NCBI GenBank assembly: GCA_050180745.1 | Contig: JBFXDW010000001.1 | Coordinates: forward strand, 1 to 44,586 | From: Bdellovibrionales bacterium | GTDB lineage: Bacteria > Pseudomonadota > Alphaproteobacteria > UBA9219 | Length of the DNA stretch: 44,586 bases | Direction of reading: 5' to 3' | Shown here: positions 17,981-25,435 of the stretch, piece after piece | Numbering within the stretch: the stretch's first letter is position 1 | Layout of the letters: every line of letters starts with the position of its first letter | The notes under the pieces: generated by a model | Databases searched by the model: none | The model's input: the letters and a program-made list of their open reading frames with translations, nothing else | What the model was told of the DNA's origin: nothing | Program-made: the position numbers and the translations under genes

Positions 17981-18182
17981 AGATCATGTTCCTGCGCTCC
18001 AGCATCGTCTCCTGACGATCATTAAATGATCGAGATTGGCCTAGAAAAGCCATCTGATTGCTCCTTATCTACTTGATAAATGCTGCGAATGAAGCGTTCA
18101 TGTCATTCATTGCAGTCGCGGTTGCGCGTAGCGCAGAGCAGTCGCAATAAAATAGTGACAACAATTTTTAAGGAGATCGATT

Positions 18183-18605
18183 ATGTCGAAAAAACCAAGC
18201 AAAACGGGTGCAAAAACGCCCTCCAAAGTCGTAAAACGGCCTGCCAAAAACCTCGTCAAAACGAAAGCCCAAAGCAACGGCAAGCCAACCAATGACGCAG
18301 CCCTTTCTGTGCCCATGCAAGCGGGTCTTGCAGCCGTTGAAGCGATGCCGGGGACCAAGACCCCCAGAGAAGGGAGTAAACTCGCAAAGCTTGTCGAAAT
18401 GTTGGAGCGTCCCGAAGGAGCGACCATTGAACAAATTATTGAAGCCACCGAATGGAAGCCGCACACTGCGCGCGCTGCAATTTCGCACACGCTAGGCAAA
18501 AAACGTGGTTACCAAATCGTTTCCGAAAGACCCGTAAAAGGGCACTCTGTTGTGACAAACGCACCTGAATACGGTCAGCGCATTTACAAAATTATTAAAG
18601 ACTAA
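18183..18605 (+). CDS. DUF3489-like small protein
   Basis: 140-aa ORF with an AAGGAG RBS and a basic N-terminal tail. The segment GSKLAKLVEMLERPEGATIEQIIEATEWKPHTARAAIS resembles the DUF3489 signature from memory. Confidence 0.6.
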   Translation: MSKKPSKTGAKTPSKVVKRPAKNLVKTKAQSNGKPTNDAALSVPMQAGLAAVEAMPGTKTPREGSKLAKLVEMLERPEGATIEQIIEATEWKPHTARAAISHTLGKKRGYQIVSERPVKGHSVVTNAPEYGQRIYKIIKD

Positions 18606-18620
18606 CCCATCATTTTATCC

Positions 18621-18657
18621 AAGCAATGGTTGATTATTTAACAATCAATCATTGCTT
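18621..18657 (+). terminator. Hairpin downstream of the DUF3489-like gene
   Basis: aagcaatggttgatt - atttaac - aatcaatcattgctt forms a 15-bp stem with 1 mismatch. There is no clear T-run, so it may be a terminator or a protein-binding palindrome. Confidence 0.4.
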
Positions 18658-18758
18658 ATCTTCGCCATAAAATGAGGTCGAATTGACTTGATAATCAAGC
18701 CCAGAAGAGCGTTAATGTACATGTGATTAGGAACAAAACATTTTTAACGGAGGCTATT

Positions 18759-19295
18759 ATGAGAAATTACAAACCACTTCCAACAGCCAATAAAGCATGG
18801 GGTTTCTGGGGTACTTGCGAACATGCGGGTTACAATACACAAATGGCATGGGATGCCATGAGTGAACATATTGTTGAACGCTACGATCTAACCCCAGAAC
18901 ATACACGCGACTTGCTTGACTCGAAATTCGGTCGGCATCTTGTTGACGAACTATCCTTTATCGAAGGCGGCCCCGTCAGCAAGAAAGCGATTGTCGATCA
19001 CATAACAAAACTTTTAAAGGACAGAAAATGGTGTCTCTATTTTGGTGATGCAATTAACGCAACAGGCACATCGCCCGAATACAATGCAGCAAGAGAAGCT
19101 CAAGCGGATCGCTATTACACCGCCAAAGAAAAACTCACCAAACAACTAACAAGCATGGCTAACCGCGTGCACGCTCCTGTCAACGCTGGGCGCAAAATGC
19201 CAAAAGACTTAACCTCGCAAGATATAAAAACCATCAAGACGGCTTACGCTAAAATCATCGAAGCCAGCGATATCCTAGAAATCATCGATGTCTAA
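18759..19295 (+). CDS. Hypothetical protein
   Basis: ORF 18723..19295, with the start moved to ATG 18759, which has a GGAGG RBS 7 nt upstream. No motif recognised. Confidence 0.7.
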   Translation: MRNYKPLPTANKAWGFWGTCEHAGYNTQMAWDAMSEHIVERYDLTPEHTRDLLDSKFGRHLVDELSFIEGGPVSKKAIVDHITKLLKDRKWCLYFGDAINATGTSPEYNAAREAQADRYYTAKEKLTKQLTSMANRVHAPVNAGRKMPKDLTSQDIKTIKTAYAKIIEASDILEIIDV

Positions 19296-19319
19296 AATCC
19301 ATATATAGATCTGCTTATT

Positions 19320-19814
19320 TTACTTTTTCCATAGCCGTTTTTTTAATAAAACAAATGTCTTTTTTATGGGAACGGGAGTATAACTTTTTTCAATAGCTGT
19401 TTGAAGATGAAGCAACTTTTTATATATCAAATCAGCCTTTTCCGTATCAGAACATCGTTCACTTGAAAAGAAATCTTCTCTAGTAGCTATTTGCCTAATA
19501 TCTTTAACTCTCCAAAGAACATGCTCTTTTGTTCCACAAAAAAATATACTACTTCGAGATAAATCGTTCAACTTATGAGAAAGACTCCCAAGCAATCGGA
19601 TTATTCTATGACATTGAGACTGTAAATCTTCACTAGGAATGTCCGCTGCTGATTTGCACCAAAAATCACATGCTTGTTCTTTAATCTCATCTGACAACTT
19701 ACAAGCATCAGAGACACAACTTTTTGCTTTACCGTTATAATGCCCTATACAATAGGTTACAGCGGAAGGAATAAATGGCCAAGCCAGCTTCACTATGTCT
19801 TCAAGTTCCAACAA
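19320..19814 (-). CDS. Hypothetical Cys-rich protein, third gene of the STAS/GHKL cassette
   Basis: 164-aa ORF with a TTG start 2 nt after the upstream stop. It has no internal Met and eight Cys residues. It is AT-rich like the two upstream genes. Confidence 0.55.
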   Translation of the reverse strand: MLELEDIVKLAWPFIPSAVTYCIGHYNGKAKSCVSDACKLSDEIKEQACDFWCKSAADIPSEDLQSQCHRIIRLLGSLSHKLNDLSRSSIFFCGTKEHVLWRVKDIRQIATREDFFSSERCSDTEKADLIYKKLLHLQTAIEKSYTPVPIKKTFVLLKKRLWKK

Positions 19815-19816
19815 AG

Positions 19817-20128
19817 CTACTCCGGATTTGCTTGATGAATATATTCAAGAATTTCTTTCTTAAGCTCCTCATCATCACTAACCAAAACAATTTTAGACAA
19901 CAAGTCTTCCGCAGATAGGCCCTCTACTCTAATCAAGCCACCGAAGGCCTCTTCTAAAAATGAAGAGCCATAGCCTTCTGTCCCATCCAATTCTATTTCA
20001 ACAGAACTCCCCTTTTGAATTGCAGGCAATAACATCTCTGTTCTAAATGCTTGACCACTGCGAGGCCCTTCATTTGTGTATCTTCCTGCAGGAAAAGGAG
20101 AGAAATCCTTTGCTATGTTAATCTTCAT
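19817..20128 (-). CDS. STAS-like domain protein (DUF4325 type)
   Basis: The start is set at ATG 20128 (MKINIAKDFSPFPAGRYTNEGPRSGQAFRTEMLLPAIQKGSSVEIELDGTEGYGSSFLEEAFGGLIR), which overlaps the upstream stop (TGATG). Confidence 0.7.
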   Translation of the reverse strand: MKINIAKDFSPFPAGRYTNEGPRSGQAFRTEMLLPAIQKGSSVEIELDGTEGYGSSFLEEAFGGLIRVEGLSAEDLLSKIVLVSDDEELKKEILEYIHQANPE

Positions 20129-21243
20129 CACGCCACCGCCTTTTCTGGATCTTGTTTTATGGCTTCTACAGCAGACAACAAGAACCTCCATTCAATTATA
20201 GTCCCAGGCAGTACGCCCTTCAAACCTTGTATTTTCTCTTCAGTACTGTGTGCATACTCATACATTCCTCCTGAACTATATACCCTCATACACGAAGAAG
20301 GGTTAGCGTTAATAATTTCTTTCATTCCTGGCATTCCCTTGCCTCTATATCCTTTTTTAGTTTGGGTTCTCTTAATTTCCATGGCCGCTTTAATCATTTT
20401 AGCATCATCGTTAACTGGCATCCTTACCATAGAAAGTAATTCTCTGAGATATTCTAAACTATATTTCCTTGGCAAGGCCTTAGGAATACCAATCCCAAGA
20501 TCACAAAAAGAAATTGTTAGCTCTTTTGTTGTCCAATCATAAGCACCAAACATCCACCAACAACCAAACCCCAGCTTGTGCTTTTGTAACGGATAGGCAT
20601 GCTGGAAAGAATTTGTCATTGCTTCTGAAATAGCCTTATAAAGTTTTTTCATGTCAGAAATAGGACCAAATGTTTCAACAATTTTTTCTCTGAATGGACC
20701 ATATGGTGACGCATCAACATTATTCCCAGAGCAAAATCTTAAGAACTCTTTTGTAGGCTCCGCTTTCTCTGAATATGACGGTGGATTCTTAACATTCATA
20801 AGATCAAAAAGCCCCATATCATTTAACAGATGCCTCATCATAGGATCCCATTGTGTTTGATCATGAAGAGTTATTTGCTGGTGAGATTTCTTACTCCAAC
20901 AATATAAAACAGAAGCCAACATAAGTGCGGCTGCTGGACTAATAGATTTTAATTCACTAAAATCCAAACGAATTTTAGTTCCCTTATTCTGTAAATAGAA
21001 ATGAAGTCCATTGATAAAATCTATTGTTTCTGCTTGATTATGATCCAAACAAATAACACTTGGGACTGTTATTATTTTAATCGGAATATGTCTAGACTTC
21101 CGCCGTGAAAGACGTTTACTGTATTCTCCATCAATATCGTGTTTCCTGCGCACTTTTAGCGCACACCGATAGGCATGCTTCCTTTGACGACGCAACAACA
21201 ATTTGCGTAGCGCAGCTTTTTTCTTAGGTTTTATTCGTTTCAT
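20128..21243 (-). CDS. GHKL (Bergerat-fold) ATPase/kinase-like protein with a basic N-terminus and a STAS-like region
   Basis: 371-aa ORF. N-box ISEAMTNSFQHAY, G1 box FCDLGIGIP, G2-like GYRGKGMPGM. An upstream STAS-like segment reads KIRLDFSELKSISPAAALMLASVL, and the N-terminus is Lys/Arg-rich. Confidence 0.7.
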   Translation of the reverse strand: MKRIKPKKKAALRKLLLRRQRKHAYRCALKVRRKHDIDGEYSKRLSRRKSRHIPIKIITVPSVICLDHNQAETIDFINGLHFYLQNKGTKIRLDFSELKSISPAAALMLASVLYCWSKKSHQQITLHDQTQWDPMMRHLLNDMGLFDLMNVKNPPSYSEKAEPTKEFLRFCSGNNVDASPYGPFREKIVETFGPISDMKKLYKAISEAMTNSFQHAYPLQKHKLGFGCWWMFGAYDWTTKELTISFCDLGIGIPKALPRKYSLEYLRELLSMVRMPVNDDAKMIKAAMEIKRTQTKKGYRGKGMPGMKEIINANPSSCMRVYSSGGMYEYAHSTEEKIQGLKGVLPGTIIEWRFLLSAVEAIKQDPEKAVA

Positions 21244-21319
21244 AGCTAAAAAGAGAATCAGTAGTTACATCGGTAAGATTAACCGTCCTCTGCTAATCCA
21301 CAAAACAAAAACGTTACTT

Positions 21320-22537
21320 TTACACGTTCTTTATAGCTTTTTGACCTGTAAACTCTTCCCAACGTTGGACGATAACATCGCAATATTTTGGATCCAATTC
21401 GATAAGCCGCGCCTGACGACCTGATTTCTCACAAGCGATCATCGTGCTGCCAGATCCGCCAAAACAATCAAGAACGATGTCACGGCTCTTACTGCTATTA
21501 CGAATAGCGCGCTCAACCAATTCAACAGGTTTCATCGTCGGATGCAAATCATTCTTCGTTGGCTTGTTAACAAACCAAACATCCCCCTGATCGCGCGCGC
21601 CGCACCAGAAATGATCCGTCCCTTGTTTCCATCCATAGAGGATAGGCTCGTACTGACGCTGGTAATCTGAGCGACCAAGTGTGAAGGTATTCTTCGCCCA
21701 GATCACAAATGTTGACCATTTGCCGCCTGCTGCAACAAAAACTTTTTGCAAGGTGTGAAGTTCGCTAGATGACATGCAAACATAAATCGCGCCTTTGCAA
21801 ACGGTCAGCATGTTAACGCAAGCGTCGTAGAGAAAGGTTTCAAACCCATCCCCTAAATTGTCATTCATGATGCGGCGGTCATTACCGCGCATCTTGTCCT
21901 TGGCGGCGTTGCCATAATCTACATTGTATGGCGGATCCGTAAACACCATATCAGCCAACGCCCCGTCCAACACGCGTTCAACATTTTCAAGAACGGTACT
22001 GTCTCCGCATAGCAGACGATGCTTGCCAAGAAGATACATATCTCCAAGTTTTGTCTTTGGTTCTATTGGTGCTTCGGGCACGACATCATCATCCGTCTGG
22101 CCTTCACCGAACCCGACATCTTCAAGTGCTTTTGCCAACTCTTCTTCACTGAAACCTGTCTTTTCCAGATCATAATCAAGTGCCATAAGATCTCGAAACT
22201 CAAGTTCAAGATATTCGTCATCCCATTCTGCCCAAGCCGCAGAGCGGTTCGCTATCAGCCGAAAGGCTTTAACTTGAGCTTCTGTAAGATCGTCTGCAAG
22301 AGCCACTGGTACGGTTTCCATACCCAGTTTTTGAGCGGCTTTAAGTCGCAGATGCCCATCAACTATCGATCCATCTGAACGAGCAACAATGGGGATGCGA
22401 AACCCAAATTCATGTATTGCGGCAACCATCTTGTCAATTACATGATCGTTTTTGCGCGGGTTCCTTGCATAGGGAATGAGTTTGTCGATAGGCCAAAGCT
22501 CAATATGATCCGCAATATTAAGTTCCAAAGAGGTCAT
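21320..22537 (-). CDS. ParB-N domain fused to an N6-adenine/N4-cytosine DNA methyltransferase (beta class)
   Basis: The start is set at ATG 22537 (MTSLELNI...). ParB box IPIVARSDGSIVDGHLRLKAAQKLG, catalytic MVFTDPPYNV, AdoMet motif VLDCFGGSGST. Confidence 0.9.
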   Translation of the reverse strand: MTSLELNIADHIELWPIDKLIPYARNPRKNDHVIDKMVAAIHEFGFRIPIVARSDGSIVDGHLRLKAAQKLGMETVPVALADDLTEAQVKAFRLIANRSAAWAEWDDEYLELEFRDLMALDYDLEKTGFSEEELAKALEDVGFGEGQTDDDVVPEAPIEPKTKLGDMYLLGKHRLLCGDSTVLENVERVLDGALADMVFTDPPYNVDYGNAAKDKMRGNDRRIMNDNLGDGFETFLYDACVNMLTVCKGAIYVCMSSSELHTLQKVFVAAGGKWSTFVIWAKNTFTLGRSDYQRQYEPILYGWKQGTDHFWCGARDQGDVWFVNKPTKNDLHPTMKPVELVERAIRNSSKSRDIVLDCFGGSGSTMIACEKSGRQARLIELDPKYCDVIVQRWEEFTGQKAIKNV

Positions 22538-23781
22538 TCTGTTCCGTTTTCTGTAATTGCTTGAGTTGCCAAAGTGCAAAACGCATATGCTGCTGCCAAA
22601 GGCACCACGCCGTTTCCACAGGTGCGGAGCCTGTCCACCCGACAGGCCATCCCATCAGCCATTCGACAAATAGAGGGTTTAAGACTGGCTGGAGTTCTTT
22701 CCCATCTGGCGTAGTCGTTTGGTGTTGGAGGCCAGGTTGATACGTCAAGGGATGTGCCATCATTGAAAGATTGACTTGTTTCCCGTTGGCTATCCTTTTC
22801 TGAATGCATGGGTTGGATAGATTTCCCCGTTCCCTGTAGTCCGTTGATTGAGGGGTTGGCCACGCTTTGCTGATCTCGTTCAGGCATGCCCCGTGATCGG
22901 GACTCGTACTGCCTGGCTCCCGCGCTCTTGGCGTTGGCCATTGATTTCGTGCTGCCCTGTAATCTTTTCCGTTTCTCGCCTTTTCCAGATCCTGCTTCGT
23001 GTAAGGAAAACCTTCCGGCTGCATTATTGTTTCGGCAAGGCTCGGCGTGCGAAGGACATTGCGTCCGTCCTTGCGGATCATCTTTTCTGGTGGTCTTGCT
23101 CTTGCGACAAGAGAGTCTGTCGCTGTTGCGGTCGGCCACATCACAGCACTGACTTCCAGTCGCCCCTTGGGGTTCCCATCCAAGATTTCCTTCTGTGATG
23201 CCCCGTTTGCCGAAGACACCCTTGCGGTAGGCCAAGATGAACAATCGTTCGCGTTTGTGCGGCGCACCCACTTCTTCCGCTGTAAACAAGCCCGCCTTAA
23301 CGCGGTAACCCATTCGTTGAAGGTCATCGTGGACTTGTTCGAACCCCAGCCGTAGATGTCCGCCAACATTCTCGAAGAAGCAGATGGGCGGTTTGATCTC
23401 GCGGACGATCCGCGCGACATCCGGCCAGAGGTGGCGCGGGTCTTTGTCTCCCAGTTTTTTTCCCGCAACGCTGAATGGCTGGCATGGATAGCCTCCATGA
23501 AGGATATCCACGAGGCCACGCCACGCTTTGCCTTTGAAGGTTTTAATGTCGTCCCAGACAGGCGCTGGATCCAAGGCCGCATCTTCCATCCGTGCCACGA
23601 GCGTGGACGCTGCGAAGCTTTCCCGCTCAACGTAACAAACAGTTCGGTATCCTGGCAGGGCAAGGTGCAGCCCAAGGTCGAGTCCGCCTGCGCCCGCGCA
23701 GAGCGAGAGTCCGAACAGCGCGCGCCTTTGCTTTGGGCATGCGTCATCGTCTCTGGCGGCAAGTAAAGCCAGACCATCCAA
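22534..23781 (-). CDS. DNA (cytosine-5)-methyltransferase whose middle (TRD) region looks frame-scrambled; possibly a pseudogene or recoded
   Basis: Frame A (415 aa) carries motif I LCAGAGGLDLG, IV GGYPCQPFS, VI FFENVGG, VIII PHKRERLFILA and X CGNGVVP. Its TGA overlaps the next ATG (ATGA). The middle 200 aa are low-complexity, whereas the overlapping frame B (22518..23777) encodes WPTATATD, WPTPRA, WPTPQSTD and NPLFVEWLMGWPVGWT. Confidence 0.7.
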   Translation of the reverse strand: MDGLALLAARDDDACPKQRRALFGLSLCAGAGGLDLGLHLALPGYRTVCYVERESFAASTLVARMEDAALDPAPVWDDIKTFKGKAWRGLVDILHGGYPCQPFSVAGKKLGDKDPRHLWPDVARIVREIKPPICFFENVGGHLRLGFEQVHDDLQRMGYRVKAGLFTAEEVGAPHKRERLFILAYRKGVFGKRGITEGNLGWEPQGATGSQCCDVADRNSDRLSCRKSKTTRKDDPQGRTQCPSHAEPCRNNNAAGRFSLHEAGSGKGEKRKRLQGSTKSMANAKSAGARQYESRSRGMPERDQQSVANPSINGLQGTGKSIQPMHSEKDSQRETSQSFNDGTSLDVSTWPPTPNDYARWERTPASLKPSICRMADGMACRVDRLRTCGNGVVPLAAAYAFCTLATQAITENGTE

Positions 23782-23797
23782 TGGGTACCTCTAAAGA

Positions 23798-24142
23798 TTA
23801 TTCTTGTTCAGAAAGACGTTTGCGAATTTTGTTTTCAATCGCTTCAACATCAACAAGGATGCTGATTTCATCGCTCATGATGATGCGGGGACATTTGTCC
23901 TGTTTGTATTCGCAAACATCCATGCCAAGAGAAAAAGCATCATCAAGAGAGAAACCTATTGATCGAAGATGGCGACACACGGCGAGATAAACGATCTCAT
24001 CGAATACAAATCTCCGAGCCTTTCCTCGACTTGGGTTGTGGAGCGGTGTAAAAAAATCTCTGGCGACCCACTGGTGCAGTTCATCTCTTGATACGCCGAG
24101 GCAACGGGTCACTTTTTCAATGCCGTAAGTTTTTACGCCCAT
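23798..24142 (-). CDS. Small HTH (MerR/excisionase-like) protein
   Basis: 114-aa ORF with an AAGGA RBS. Probable HTH: IEKVTRCLGVSRDELHQWVARDFF. Confidence 0.55.
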   Translation of the reverse strand: MGVKTYGIEKVTRCLGVSRDELHQWVARDFFTPLHNPSRGKARRFVFDEIVYLAVCRHLRSIGFSLDDAFSLGMDVCEYKQDKCPRIIMSDEISILVDVEAIENKIRKRLSEQE

Positions 24143-24380
24143 ATTTTTCCTTGTCTAAGAAGCCGGATCCCTTTGCCAAGGAATCCACCAAAGGAATCCA
24201 GCTATGATCCATTCGTTAAGTTTTTGTTTCTCTTAAGGAAACGGAAAGCTAACCAACAAACCACAACATGTTGTGGCTTCCCGCTTTTTATCCCTACATG
24301 TAGTGAAATATCGGGCCTCGCCCGCCCGCATAGGTTTTCGGGCAGGAAGTACCTTTTATTTCAGTGTGTTAGCTGATTTT

Positions 24381-24400
24381 CTCACATTATCTCACATTAT
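24381..24400. repeat. Tandem 10-mer ctcacattat x2 in a 550-nt non-coding gap
   Basis: Direct reading of the sequence. The gap also holds perfect palindromes at 24251-24266 and 24284-24293, plus other repeats. Confidence 0.8.
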
Positions 24401-24692
24401 CTTGCATGTGATTTATCGACGTTTTAAGAAAGATAAACCGCCTTAGCTTTCTTAACCGTCCGCCATGAACAATCTTACGAAAGACAACGGCCCTAAATTG
24501 GCAGCTCTAATCGCGTTTATGTGTATCAAGATTGTTTGGATATTCTTCAGCAAGGAGCCGATCCACTCTGATCGTTCGTTTCCCAACTATACCAAGCACT
24601 ATGCCAAAAAATGCGCAAAACACGCAGAACTAAAATGCGCATGGGGTTCCTTTATCAAATGAATAACTTAAATGTCGTTTGCGCATTTTTAC

Positions 24693-25124
24693 CTATCCGT
24701 TACGGATGTAGCGCTTGTAAGGAAGCTGGATTTTTTCATTCGGATTGTTGAGCCGATGAACAATTTTCATCAAACCAATCTTCCAATCATACTGCAATTT
24801 ACGAACCGACCAGCCAAGCTCAAGCGAGAGACGCTTCCAACGCACGCCCTCGGCACGCATCCAGATGAGACGCACTTCTTCACGCTCCAACCACAACAGC
24901 CAGATCATAACTTCTTCCATCTCTGTGATGTGCTTGGCCGATGGTGGGCTGGGCCGCATGTGATTGTCCTCCCATCCGTAAGCTTCCATTGCCTCACGGA
25001 CGATGGTCGGCCAAGCGTTGAAGTAGCCTTGCACCTTGACCTTGGGGAGCTTCTTCATTGTGTTGGCGGCTTGTTCAATACGGTCGGCCACATCCTTAAC
25101 GTTATGCTTTTTCCCTTTGCTCAT
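24693..25124 (-). CDS. Phage protein, DUF6362-like
   Basis: 143-aa ORF with an ATGA overlap with the upstream gene. The Trp-rich pattern WPTIVREAMEAYGW...EEVMIWLLWLEREEVRLIWMRAEGVRWKRLS resembles that family from memory. Confidence 0.6.
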   Translation of the reverse strand: MSKGKKHNVKDVADRIEQAANTMKKLPKVKVQGYFNAWPTIVREAMEAYGWEDNHMRPSPPSAKHITEMEEVMIWLLWLEREEVRLIWMRAEGVRWKRLSLELGWSVRKLQYDWKIGLMKIVHRLNNPNEKIQLPYKRYIRNG

Positions 25125-25435
25125 GCAGCCCTCCCATACATTCTGGCCTCAAGCATTTCACGCGCCCACTGGCAGCTATCAATCTTGGCAAACTGCAGGA
25201 GTGCCATGCGCACCTCCTCGCGGGTAGTGAAGCCATAGCGAAAGAGCATCTCCCCAAACAAAGCCTCTGGGGCTGACGCTTTGCGATGCCGCCACCCTGC
25301 ATCACAGGCTCCGCTTGTAGTGAAGCGCTTCTCACAGTGAGAGAACCTATCTCTCACGCGAACGTCATAGACCTTGCCCTTGTGGGAATAGCGCCAGTAC
25401 ACATTGGCATCCCTTGCTTTGATGTTAGCTTTCAT
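25121..25435 (-). CDS. Hypothetical phage protein
   Basis: 104-aa ORF that overlaps the primase-like gene end by 11 nt. Confidence 0.55.
   Translation of the reverse strand: MKANIKARDANVYWRYSHKGKVYDVRVRDRFSHCEKRFTTSGACDAGWRHRKASAPEALFGEMLFRYGFTTREEVRMALLQFAKIDSCQWAREMLEARMYGRAA

Noticed and set aside
20129-20191. N-terminal extension of the DUF4325-like ORF
   Set aside because: It overlaps the GHKL gene 3' end. ATG 20128 gives the family-typical MKINIAKDF start and a stop/start overlap.
24173-24662. Two plus-strand ORFs of 67 and 65 aa in the non-coding gap
   Set aside because: They have no convincing RBS, odd composition, and an orientation opposite to all neighbours. I kept them only as part of the repeat-rich gap finding.
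25102-25335. 77-aa minus-strand ORF overlapping the 25121..25435 ORF in another frame
   Set aside because: The 104-aa frame fits the overlap-coupled gene chain (ATGA with the downstream gene), while the 77-aa frame is Ala/Arg/Cys-rich junk.
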